Below, piece after piece: positions 31,990 through 45,785 of a stretch of 64,000 bases of DNA. Under the pieces are notes generated by a model. The model saw nothing but the letters and a program-made list of their open reading frames with translations. It did not search any database and had not been told where the DNA came from. Positions within the stretch are counted from its first letter, which is position 1; each line of letters starts with the position of its first letter. This stretch comes from Eledone cirrhosa (lineage: Eukaryota): positions 23,064,001 to 23,128,000 of the forward strand of contig OZ024740.1 in assembly GCA_964016885.1 (NCBI GenBank), read 5' to 3'. A program made the translations under genes and the position numbers.

Positions 31990-34900
31990 ACCACCACCAG
32001 CGACAAGACCACCACAACTACCACCACAACAACCACCACCACAACAACCATCAACACCACAACCATCAACACTATAACCACCAGCACCACAACCACCAGC
32101 ACCACAACCACCAGCACCACAAATACCAGCACCACAACCATCAATATCACAACTATCAACACCACAACCACCAGCACCACAACCATCAATACCACAACCA
32201 TCCAGATCACAACCACCAGCACCACAACCACCAGCACCACAACCATGAGTACCACAACGACCAGCACAACAATCATCAGCACCACATCCACGAGCTCCAC
32301 CACCACCAACAACACAACCATTCAACACCACAACCACCAGCACAACAACCATCAGTACCACAACCATCAGCACCACAACCACCAGCACCACAACCATCAG
32401 CACCACAACCATCAACACCACAACCACCAGCACCACAACCACCAGCACCACAACCATCAGTACCACAACCATCAATATCACTACCATCAACACCATATCC
32501 ACCAGCACCACAACCACCAGCAACACAACACCAGCACCACAACCACCAGCACCACAACCATCAAGACCACAACCACCAGCATCACAACCATCAACACCAC
32601 AACCACCAGCACCATAACTATCAACACCACTACCACCAGCACCACAACCACCAGCACCATAACTATCAACACCACTACCACCAGCACCACAACCGTCACC
32701 ACCACAACCGTCAGCAATACAACCACCAGCACCACAACCACCACCACAACAACCATCAACACTATAACCACCAGCACCACAACCACCAGCACCACAACCA
32801 CCAGCACCACAACCATCAGCACCACAACCATCAACACCACAACCACCAGCACCACAACCACCAGCACCACAACCACCAGCACCACAACCATCAATATCAC
32901 AACCATCAACACCATAACCATCAGCACCACAACCACCAACACCACAACCACCAGCACCACAACCACCAGCCACGCAACCACCTGCACCACAACCACCTGC
33001 ACCACAACCACAAGCACCACTACCAGTTACAGCACCACAACCACCAGCACCACGACCACCAGCACCACAACCACCAGCAACACAACCATCCACACCATAA
33101 CCATCAGCACCACAACCACCAACACCACAACCACCAGTACCACAACCACCAGCCCCGCAACCACCAGCACCACAACCACAAGCACCACTACCAGTTACAG
33201 CACCACGACCACCAGCACCACAACTATCACCACCACAACCACCAGCACCAAAAACATCAATACCACAACCATCAACACCACAACCATCAACATCACAACC
33301 ACCAGCTCCACAACCACCAGCACCACAACCACAAACACCACAACCACCGGTACCACAACCATCACCAGCACAACCATCAACAACACAACCACCAACACCA
33401 CAACCATCAATACCACATCCACCAGCACCACAACCATCAATATCACAACCACCAGCACCACAACCATCAGCAACACAACCATCAACACCACGACCAACAC
33501 CACAACCACCACCACCACCAGCACCACAACCACCAGCACCACAACCATCATCACCACAACCATCAACACCACAACCATCAACACCACAACCACCATCACC
33601 ACAACCATCAACACCACAACCACCAGCATCACAACCATCAACACCACAAACATCAACAACACGACCATCAACACCACAATCACCAGCACCACAACCATCA
33701 ACACCACAAACATCAACAACACGACCATCAACACCACAATCACCAGCACCACAACCACCAGCACCACAACCATCAACACCACAACCATCAACATCACAAC
33801 CACCAGCACCAAAACCACCAGCACCACAACCATCAACATCACAACCACCAGCTCCACAACCACCAGCACCACAACCATCAACACCACAACCATCAACATC
33901 ACAACCACCAGCACCAAAACCACCAGCACCACAACCATCAACATCACAACCACCAGCTCCACAACCACCAGCACCACAACAATCAGCACCACAACCATCA
34001 ACATCACAACCACAAGCACCAAAACCACCAGCACCACAACCATCAACATCACAACCACCAGCTCCACAACCACCAGCACCACAACCATCAACACCACAAC
34101 CATCAACATCACAACCACCAGCACCAAAACCACCAGCACCACAACCATCAACATCACAACCACCAGCACCACAACCACCAGCACCACAACCATCAACACC
34201 ACAACCATCAACATCACAACCACCAGCACCAAAACCACCAGCACCACAACCATCAACATCACAACCACCAGCTCCACAACCACCAGCACCACAACCATCA
34301 ACACCACAATCACCAGCACCACAACCATCAGCACCACTACCACCAGAACCACAACCACCAGCACCACAACCACCAGCACCACAACCATCAACACCACAAC
34401 CACCAGCACCACAACCATCAGCACCACTACCACCAGAACCACAACCACCAGCACCACAACCACCAGCACAACAACCATCAACACCAGAACCATCAATACC
34501 ACAACCATCCACATCACAACCACCAGCACCACAACCACCAGCACCTCAACAACCACAACCACCAGCACCTCAACCATGAGTACCACAACCACCAGCACAA
34601 CAACCATCAGCACCAGAACCATCAACACAACAACCATCAACACCACAGCCACCAGCACCACAACCATCAGCACCACAACCATCAACGTCACAACCATCAG
34701 CACAAAAACCACCAGCACCACAATCACAAGCACCACAACCACCAGCACCACAACCATCAGCACACAAACCACCAACACCACAACAACCAGCACCACAACC
34801 ACAACCACCAGCACCACAACCACCAGCACCACAACCACCGGCACCACAACCACCAGCACCACAACCATCAACACTACAACCATTAACACCACACCCATCA

Positions 34901-35885
34901 GCACCACAACCACCAGCACCACAACCATGAGTACCACAACCATCAGCACCACAACCACCAGCACCACCACCACCACCACCACCACATCCATCAACGCCAC
35001 AACCACCCGCACAACAACTACCAGCACCACAAACACCAGCACCACAACCATCAGCAAAACAATCACCATCACCACCACCACCAATACCACAACCATCAGC
35101 ACAACAACCGCCAGCACAACAATCATCAGCACCACAACCACAAGCCCCACAATCACCATCACCACAACCACCAGCACCACAACCACCAGCACCACAACAA
35201 TCAACACCACAAGCATCAGCACCTCAACTACCAGCATCACAACCATTAGCACAGCAACCACCAGCACCACAATCGTCACCACGACAACCACCAGCACCAC
35301 AACTATCAACACCACAACCACCAGCACCACAACCACCAGCACCACAACAATCAACGCCACAAGCATCAGCACCTCAACTACCAGCATCACAACCATTAGC
35401 ACAGCAACCACCAGCACCACAATCGTTACCACGACAACCACCAGCACCACAACTATCAACACCACAACCACCAGCACCACAACCACCAGCATCACAACAA
35501 TCAAGACCACAACCACCAGCATCACAACCATCAACACCACAACCACCAGCACCATAACTATCAACACCACTACCAGCTACAGCACCACCACCAACAGAGT
35601 ACCCACTAGCACCTCAACCAGCATCACCATACCGGCATCTCAACCAACAAATTCAACATCACCCCCACCAGCATCACTACTAGCACCACCACCAACACCA
35701 CAACCGCCCTCACCACCACCACCACCATCACCACTAGCACCGCCACCACCACCACTACCATCACCACTACCACCACCACCACCTTCACCACCACCACCAC
35801 CACCACCACCACCACCACCACCACCACCACCACCAGCACCACCACCACCACCAGCATCACCACCACCACCACCACCACCACCACC
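31990..35885. repeat. 3.9-kb cryptic satellite of 15-nt units (ACCACAACCA(C/T)CA(G/A)C), ending in (CCA)n
   Basis: Direct reading; higher-order blocks at about 33760-34300; gives the Thr-rich 1251-aa ORF. Confidence 0.9.
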
Positions 35886-36014
35886 TCTTTATAATGTTAT
35901 ACCAGATTTATCTGCTCAAAAAACGCCGCATGACGTTCAAAAGTTTCCACAATTAAGCATTAACGACTTGCTGGCTTATTTGATAAATTATTGTCATTAA
36001 TTACTTTTTCTAAA

Positions 36015-37060
36015 CCCCACTCCCACACACCACCTCCTCCCACGACACCACCACCACCACCACCACTCCCACATACCACCACACCACTCCCACACACCAC
36101 CACCTCCCTCGACACCACCACCACTCCCACACACCACCACCACCACTCCCACACACCACCACCACCACCACCACCACCACCACCACCACCACCACCACTC
36201 CCACACACCACCTCTCTCGACATCACCACCACCACCACTCCCACACACCACCACCACTCCCACACACCACCTCCTCCCTAGACACCACCACCACCACCAC
36301 CACCACTCCCACACACCACCCCTACTCCCACACACCACCTCCTCCCTCGACACCACCACCACCACCACCACCACCACTCCCACACACCACCACCACCACC
36401 ACCACCACTCCCACACACCATCTCCTCCCTCGACACCACCACCACCACTACTCCCACACCACACCTCCTCCCTCGACACCACCACCACCACTCACACACA
36501 CCACCTCCTCCCTCGACACCAGCAACACTCCCACACACCACCTCCTCCCTTGACATCACCACCACCAGCACCACCACTCCCACACACCACCACCACCACC
36601 ACCGACACTCCCACACACCACCTTCTCCCTCGACACCACCACCACTCCCATACACCACCACCACCACCATTCCCACACACCACCTCCTCCCTCGACACCA
36701 CCACCACCACCACCAACACTCCCACACACCACCTTCTCCCTCGACACCACCACCACCACCACTCCCATACACCACCACCACCACCATTCCCACACACCAC
36801 CTCCTCCCGAAAACACCACTACTACTCCCACACACCACCCCCAGCACCGCCACTATCAGCACCCCCCACCACACCCACCCACCACTCCACCACCACCACA
36901 CACACCCTCCTCTCTCGACACCCCCACTACTCCCACACACCACCACCAGCACCCCACCCCCACCCCACCCCACCCCCACCACACACACCCTCCTCTCTCG
37001 ACACCACCACCACTCCCACACACCACCTCCTCTCTCGACACCACCATCACCATCATCATC
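36015..37060. repeat. CCA-rich degenerate minisatellite
   Basis: Recurrent CACTCCCACACACCACCTCCTCCCTCGACACCACC units. Confidence 0.85.
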
Positions 37061-37817
37061 ACAAGCAAAAACAATATCACTACCACCCATGCATTCATTA
37101 CGTCTTCCATTCTTCCATTCTTCCATTCTTCCATTCTTCATCCTTCCATTCTTCCCTTCTTCCCTTCTTCCATTCTTTCTTTCTTCCTTTATTCATTCAG
37201 TCATTCTTTCATTCCCTGTTGCCTTTCTATGTATTCTCGAATCACTCAGCCTGTACACTCACACACATACACACACACACATATATATATATATACAGAC
37301 AGACACACAGACACACACACACACACATACAGACAGATACACAGACATACACACACACATACAAACAGACAGACACACACACACACACATACAGACAGAC
37401 ACACACAAACGACACATACATACAGAGAGAGAGGCCCGCACACAAACCACACACAAATACCGACAGACACACACATAAACCACACACACATACAGACATG
37501 CACACACACACATACAGACAGGCATGCACACAAACCACACTCACACACAGACAGACACAGTCACATATACATACAGACAGACACACACACACACATACAG
37601 ACAGACACATACATACAGACAGACACAGACATACAGACACACAGATAAACGACACATACAGACAGACACACAGACACACACACACATACACATACATACG
37701 GACAGACAGACACAAACCACATACATACAGATAGACACATACACACACACATAATACAGACAGACAGATACACAATTTGAAGAGAAACACCAGTTGGGTG
37801 AGTCACGGAGATTTGGA

Positions 37818-38738
37818 AGAAGAAGACGGGGAGGAGGAAGAAGAAGAAGAAGAAGAAGAAGAAGAAGAAGAAGAAGAAGAAGAAGAAGAAGAAGAAGAAG
37901 AAGAAGAAGAAGAAGAAGAAGAAGAAGAAGAAGAAGAAGAAGAAGAAGAAGAAGAAGAAGAAAAAAAGAAGAAGCAAAGTTTAGATTCAATTAACCTTCC
38001 CCACCGTCTACCCTCCATATCCACACTCATAACCCCCCTCCCTTCCCCATCCCTTCCCGGCATCTCTCATCTATCTTACTTTGCCTCATTATGCATATGT
38101 ATTATATATATATATCTATTATATATATATATGTATGCATTATATATATGTATTATATATATATGTATTATATATATATATCTATTACATATATCTATTA
38201 TATATATATATGTATATGTATATATGTATATATGTATTATATATATGTATTATATATATGTATTATATATATGTATTATATATATGTATTATATATATGT
38301 ATTATATATATGTATTATATATATATATATTATATATATATCTATTATATATAAGATTATGTAAATGTATTATATATATCTCTGATATATATATATGTAT
38401 ATATGCATTATATAAATGTATTATATATATGTATTATATATGTATATATGTATTATATATAACTATTATATATATGTATTATATATATGTATTATATATA
38501 TGTATTATATATCTATTATATATATATCTATTATATATCTATTATATATATCTATTATATATATCTATTATATAAATCTATTATATATCTATTATATATA
38601 TCTATTATATATATGTATTATATATATGTATTATATATCTATTATATATATCTATTATATATATGTATTGTATATATGTATTATATATTTATTATATATA
38701 TGTATTATATATATGTATATATAATAATAATAATAATG

Positions 38739-38826
<88 letters not shown>
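37818..38826. repeat. (GAA)n, degenerate TATTATATATATG array and (AAT)n
   Basis: Direct reading. Confidence 0.9.
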
Positions 38827-38828
<2 letters not shown>

Positions 38829-38886
38829 GGTATAAATCGAAGTTGTAGCCGCATATGTTTGTGTGTGTTTGGGTGCCTGAGTGGAA

Positions 38887-38929
<43 letters not shown>

Positions 38930-39324
38930 CAGAGAGATAGAGAGAGGGAGAGAGAGAAAGAGAGAGATAGAGATAGAGAGAGTGAGAGAGAGGGAGAGAG
39001 AAAGAAACGTCTAACCATGTATCTATGTACATCTCATTCTTACAGGAACGCAGTTCACTATATTTGCTGCACCACTCACAGACGAAAATCCCACTTGTAT
39101 TTACAGTATTGAATCTATGAGTCATGTAGGTCTTGGAAAAAAATGGTTAAGTTTTGCTACGCCTATCTGGTTTCCCGTTTTTTTTTTAACCATTCATTCC
39201 CCCTCTCATTGCCAGCCTTCCTCCTCCACCATTAATGCTCTCCCTCTATTCCAGTTATTGGTGTCTCTATATCTGTTTCTCTGTTGATACCACACTCTTT
39301 ATCTCTGCAATGGAATTCTTTACA

Positions 39325-39750
39325 GACTTTAGTCGAAGAGAGAACTAAACCAATGTAAGAGCTCAGTCGATATTCTCATAGTTGAATATTCTGATAAACA
39401 ATGTCTATAGCAGACAATCAAAGGAATAGTTTTCAAAAAACAAACCCACCTCCAGAATGAAGAGGTTTCTAATAAGACTACGAGGAATTTGGTAGAATCC
39501 AAATACATACTTATCCTATTGGTACAAGGCCTGTCAACATGAATGAACCTGTTATTTTTATCTAAAGACATGTTATCCAATTCCAACCCACCCGTCCCCT
39601 CAATCTGTCTTATTTCTCTTTCTTTCTTCTGATGAAGGACTAGCGTCCGAAACGTTAAGACCCGCTTCCTGCTATATCAAGCATTAACCTAATATATACC
39701 TTACATATACTGTACTGATTGTGTTGTTATTTCTGTTTACATTTTACATA
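39325..39750 (+). mobile_element. Decayed PLE 3' end with minimal hammerhead at 39625-39660
   Basis: TCTT-CTGATGA-AGGAC(TAGC)GTCC-GAAAC-GTT-AAGA; 39325-39503 is an inverted homologue of 42220-42395; 39665-39750 recurs at 63225-63310. Confidence 0.75.
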
Positions 39751-39762
39751 CACACACACACG

Positions 39763-40705
<943 letters not shown>

Positions 40706-40790
40706 TGGGTTTATATTAAAATATAACCTGTTTGTTGAGTGAGATGGTTACCAGTCAGAGTTTAGCTTTAAACTATCTCTGTTATTGTAT

Positions 40791-40845
<55 letters not shown>

Positions 40846-40847
<2 letters not shown>

Positions 40848-41008
40848 CGAAGGAAATGTGATAAGGAACGAGATGGACCATAGTAGAGTGGGTAATAGGA
40901 ACAATTATGACCCCGACGGCAGAGCTCAAGCCGTTTCGACGGCTAATTCTGGACTCGAGAATTAGCCGTCGAAACGGCTTGAGCTCTGCCGTCGGGGTCA
41001 TACTTGTT

Positions 41009-41057
<49 letters not shown>

Positions 41058-42224
41058 CGAAGGAAGTGTGGTAAGGAACCATATGGACCTTAACGCACCA
41101 GAGTACTCAATACTTAGGGTAGTAGAGTGGGTAATAGGAAAATGTTTAACCCCGACGGCAGAGCTCAAGCCGTTTGGACGGCTATTTCTGGACTAAATTA
41201 GAATTTTTAGCGTGGTAATAAATAGCCGAACTTTTTAAGGGATATTTCCTTATATAGGAAGATTGTAGTTGTCAAAAGGATTGGTCAACATTTCTTGTAA
41301 ACACAATTAAATCTTTAATGGCGGTGGGTGAGAAGTGGTGGTGGCTGAACTTGCCTGTAGAACAATGAGGGAGTGGGTGGAGCCGGTCAAGTGTTGAAAG
41401 TAAATTCTATACACCAAATTCTAAGGAGTGTGTATGAAATTAGGCTCGGTAGAAAGCAGGCGAAAAAGAAATCTGAGAGTGGGACGTTATAAAATTAAAT
41501 GGTTAATAAATTTAGATTAAAAGAAAAAAATAATAAAAAAATTAAATAGTAAAAAATAATAAAAAATCTCTAGAGTCTAAAGCAGCTGCTACATATTTAG
41601 CTGGTATTGCGTTATCGGTCAATGCTATATAGAATTTATTGGGGTGGGGGTATTGAGGCTACAAAAGCCCGATGGGCTACCCCAGTGTAGGTGAAAGAGG
41701 AACAGAGAAAAGGAGGAGGAGAGGGAGTAGAAGGAAGTGATAAGAAGAGATAAAGGGAAAAAGAATAGAAGTACATCTACTTATTTATGCTGGGGTTTCC
41801 CCTATCTTGTTCGGCAAGTGGGGAAAAGAAGGATGTTGCAGCCATTGTCTACCCACCCGGGTCATGAGGGGGTTTGAGGGCGAGGTAAGTCCTACGCAAT
41901 CGGTGTTTACATGCAGTTACAAGTTCGTCTTTTTTGTTTAAGAGTTGGTCCTTCGTAAACAGCATTTGTATTGTTTCCTCCAAGCATAAGATACACGAAC
42001 GGCGTCCTCCCGTTTAAGAGTTAGCTCTGGACAGTAAGCTCCAAGTAAGATTGTATGTTATGTTATGTCTTGGAGGCCCCAGATGTGGCCTGAAAGTGTA
42101 GTGGCCTGTCGGCGGGCCGGGTTTCGGAACGTATGTCGGTGTTGGTAGAGCCGGGTCTTAAAATTACAAGCGGTTAATCCTATATAGGCGTTGTTAGAGT
42201 TTTCCGTCCTCACGTTGCATTGGA
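40846..42224 (-). mobile_element. Family A PLE: fold-back terminus plus a long 3' copy reaching the endonuclease
   Basis: Palindromic copy 40846-41011, then terminus at 41055 continuing to GIY-YIG coding sequence. Confidence 0.8.
41849..42224 (-). pseudogene. PLE GIY-YIG endonuclease fragment (Nematis-like), absent from ORF track
   Basis: Manual translation: NAYIGLTACNFKTRLYQHR..ATTLSGHIWGLQ..TWSLLSRANS*TGGRRSCILCLEE..LLNKKDELVTACKH. Confidence 0.85.
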
Positions 42225-42584
42225 TTCTACGAAATTCCTCTTAGTCATATTAGAAATCCCTTCATTCTGGAGGTGGGTTTGTCTTTTGAAAACTATTCCT
42301 TTGATTGTCTGCTATTGTAAATCAGACTATTCAACTATGGGAGTATCGACTGAGCTCTTACATTGGTTTAGTTCTCGCTTCGACTAAAGTCTGTAGAGTG
42401 TGGTATCAACAGAGAAACAGATATAGAGACACCAATAACTGGAATAGAGGGAGAGCAATAATGGTGGAGTTGGGGGAGAGAGGAAGGCAATGTATCATAA
42501 CATATCAAACACTCTTTATATATATATATATATATAGAGAGAGAGAATTCACAAGAATCAAAGCTATGTTCAAACCATTTATTC

Positions 42585-42629
42585 ACTTACAATTGTTTCA
42601 TCCAAATCTAGGCTTGGAATCTTCGGAGC
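42585..42629 (-). ncRNA. Hammerhead-like motif, U4C variant
   Basis: GCT-CCGAAGA-TTCCAAG(CCTAGA)TTTGGAT-GAAA-CAATTG-TA-AGT. Confidence 0.6.
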
Positions 42630-42781
42630 ATTTTTCAATATTTGTACACATAATTGACCTCCTTTCCAATGCAAGAGACATACAGATACATATGTATATA
42701 TTGATGTACAGTGGAGTGACATATATGTATATGTATATATATATTTATATATATATGTTTATTTATATATATATATATATC

Positions 42782-42818
<37 letters not shown>

Positions 42819-42825
42819 TTATATA

Positions 42826-42874
<49 letters not shown>

Positions 42875-42892
42875 GTAATAATAATAAGTAAT

Positions 42893-43077
42893 TGTTTCTA
42901 CTTTAGGCACAAGACCAGCAATTACCCAGTGCATTACTGGTACTTTATTTTATCGATCCCGTAAGGATGAAAGGCAAAGTCAACCTCGGTCGGATTTGAA
43001 GTCAGATCGTAAAGGGACGTAACTATGCTGGAAAGCATGGCGTCCGACTCTCTACCGATACTGCCAATGCACCGCCT
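42893..43077 (-). mobile_element. Meta-domain tRNA SINE
   Basis: Reverse complement of the 7138 family. Confidence 0.88.
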
Positions 43078-43089
43078 GTAATAATAATA

Positions 43090-43133
<44 letters not shown>

Positions 43134-43227
43134 GTGTTAAACAATATTCAATGATTATGTCAAAGAATGAGTTTTACAGTAGATTGGAAGCACTCAAAAG
43201 AAAATATAAATTTTCTGGAGTTATTAA

Positions 43228-43376
43228 TATTAAAATATAAGTATTAATGAAATAGATGTTCTTTTAATCAATTACATTTTATTATACATATTTCGGATGT
43301 ACAACAGTACGTCCTCATCTGACAAAATATAATGATACATGACATACCCTGAGATGTTAAATGGTTAAGATTTAAT

Positions 43377-43422
<46 letters not shown>

Positions 43423-43620
43423 TAAGTATTAATAAAATAGATGTTCTTTTGATTAATTACATTTTATTATACATATTTCGGATGTACAACAGTACGTCCT
43501 CATCAGACAAAATATAATGATACATGACATACCATGAGATGTTAAATGGTTAAGATTAAATCCGAAATATGTATAATAAAATGTAATTAATCAAAAGAAC
43601 ATCTATTTTATTAATACTTA

Positions 43621-43630
<10 letters not shown>
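43228..43630 (-). mobile_element. Tandem plus inverted PLE termini; intact hammerhead at 43462-43512
   Basis: TTTTGT-CTGATGA-GGACGTAC(TGTT)GTACATCC-GAAA-TATGTA-TA-ATAAAA; the neighbouring copy (about 43277-43327) has CAGATGA; inverted arm 43561-43630. Confidence 0.8.
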
Positions 43631-43671
<41 letters not shown>

Positions 43672-44077
43672 AACGTAAACAAGAAAATTATAAAAATTAA
43701 CTTACTTACTAAAATTTCACTCAAACTAATTAGTTTCTGAAAGGGAATAAACATAGTTTCCGAAGAAACGCACGGAGAAATCCTTTCGTCATAAGGGAAG
43801 TCTATTCTCAGCTAAGCTTCCAGGCAATGCGTGGACAGAGGGAACTTATACAAAAAATAATTCAGTGGATGGAAAAAAGCAAAGCGTAGACTAAGTTCCA
43901 AGACATTGAAAACATCACTGCCTACTCGGTCGGTGGCAAATTCAAAAGAATCAATCACGTGACATCGAGGTTAATCAGTGAGGAGTGGGGTGTAATAAGA
44001 CAGCAGCCGAACCATTACTATGAACTATAGTAGCAGTTTTGTCAAATTTTTGCTCAACAAAATAATTTGGAGATAAT

Positions 44078-44315
44078 TATAAAGAATTAGTATATCTACT
44101 AACATATATATACAGATGCATACCTATGCTAGCAAATATATAGGTTTTGTCTTAGTAACTTTGTGGTTCAATGCAAGGGGATGCAGAACAATAATATGAA
44201 AGATTATTATTGTTCTGCACCCCTTGCATTGAACCACAAAGTTACTAAGACAAATCCTATATATTTGCTAGCATAGGTATGCATCTGTATATATATGTTA
44301 GTAGATATACTAATT

Positions 44316-44321
<6 letters not shown>
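44078..44321. repeat. Near-perfect palindrome, arms about 115 bp
   Basis: ATAAAGAATTAGTATATCTACTAAC...GTTAGTAGATATACTAATTCTTTAT. Confidence 0.9.
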
Positions 44322-44355
<34 letters not shown>

Positions 44356-44419
44356 ATAATAATAAATTTGAAGAATAAAATCCAAAGAGGGCTCGATAAG
44401 GATAAATATGTATCACTTT

Positions 44420-45043
44420 TACCCGACCCCGCCTTGAATACTGTTGTCCACTGTGGTCACCTCACACGAAACAAAGTATCATGAAAGTTGAAGCACCCCA
44501 AAGGTCAATTACAAAAAAGATAGTTGGCATGACAGGCCTTGATTATTGGGGTCGATTAGAAAAGCTCAAACTTTATTCTCTTCAACGTCGCCGTGAGCGC
44601 TACATTATCTGCATGATGTGGAAAATGTTCCATCAGCTTAGCCCAAATGATGTTGGCATCACCTTTAGTGTACACCCAAGGCTTGGGCCCTGTGCTATCT
44701 GCCCACGACAAAAATCCGACTCGCATCACATAACAACAATACGGCACAATTATTTCACCTCAATTGGCCCTGCACTCTTTAACATTACACCAAAACACAT
44801 CAAAACAGAGACAGACCCCATCAATTTCAAGAAGTCTTTGGATAAATTCCTTCAAGAAATCCCGGATAAGCCTCCTACGCCCGGATATGCCTCCGTAAAC
44901 AATAACTCTCTGCTGGAGTGGGACATGGTGCCCAAACACTGATTTGTAACACTTCGCCAGCTTGTGCTATCAAGTTAGACATGGCCTGGACCAGTACTAG
45001 CCGAAACTTATCAAAGTTATCAAAGTTATCAAAGTTATCAAAG
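44420..45043 (+). mobile_element. CR1/L2-group LINE 3' fragment with (AAGTTATCA)n tail
   Basis: RPRLEYCCPLWSPH, LDYWGRLEKLKLYSLQRRRER, FKKSLDKFL; tandem tail 45005-45043. Confidence 0.85.
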
Positions 45044-45068
45044 ATATATAAGAACCGCAGAGCAAGTA

Positions 45069-45172
45069 TTTATTAAAATAACATATTAAAGTTTAAGCAA
45101 AGAATCGCTGCTTTCCCGTTAAGGGTGAAAGCAGCGATTCGTTGCTTAAACTTTAATCTGTTATTTTAATAA

Positions 45173-45175
<3 letters not shown>
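45069..45175. repeat. Palindrome, arms about 47 bp, next to (TA)n
   Basis: ATTTATTAAAATAAC..GCTGCTTT / AAAGCAGC..GTTATTTTAATAAAT. Confidence 0.85.
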
Positions 45176-45221
<46 letters not shown>

Positions 45222-45317
45222 TTGCAAGGTTTTTGATATGAAATTGTGTGTCGAAACAAATATTGTTATACTTGGGGAGTGTCATATTGTTGTAATAATA
45301 TTACCAGGAATAATAAC

Positions 45318-45416
45318 TGTTTCGACTTTAGGCACAAGGCCACCAATTACCCAGTGCATTACTGGTACTTTATTTTATCGACCTCGTAAGGATGAAAGGC
45401 AAAGTCAACCTCAGCG
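45318..45416 (-). mobile_element. 5'-truncated SINE nested in the PLE terminus with about 19-bp TSD
   Basis: TATT(A/G)CCAGGAATAATAAC on both sides; absent from the inverted copy at 49220-49260. Confidence 0.8.
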
Positions 45417-45785
45417 GTATTGCCAGGAATAATAACAAAACACACTCACTGTTTGGTTGGTTTTCGCTTCTGTATCTTTATATTCATAGTTAATTCATTT
45501 GGCCATCAATGTTTATCAGTGACTGACCAACGGTCAAAAATACAGATATAAATACATATATATAGTCTAACAAATTTCTTTCGTTGCACATCTGCAACAT
45601 CATCAGTGGTACTATTATCATGTTTCCCCTGCTGTATTGTATGTATTGTAATGTCTACGCCATTTTTATTTTATCTATTTATTTATTTATTTTTGTCATC
45701 GTCTCTGCGCATGCGTTTGCGTGTGTGTGTTTGCGTTTGTGTTTATATGTTTGTTGTTATTGTGCTTGTGTACATATTTATTTAT

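Noticed and set aside
43745-43795. Degenerate hammerhead on minus strand
   Set aside because: Core reads ATGACGA and stems I/II do not pair convincingly
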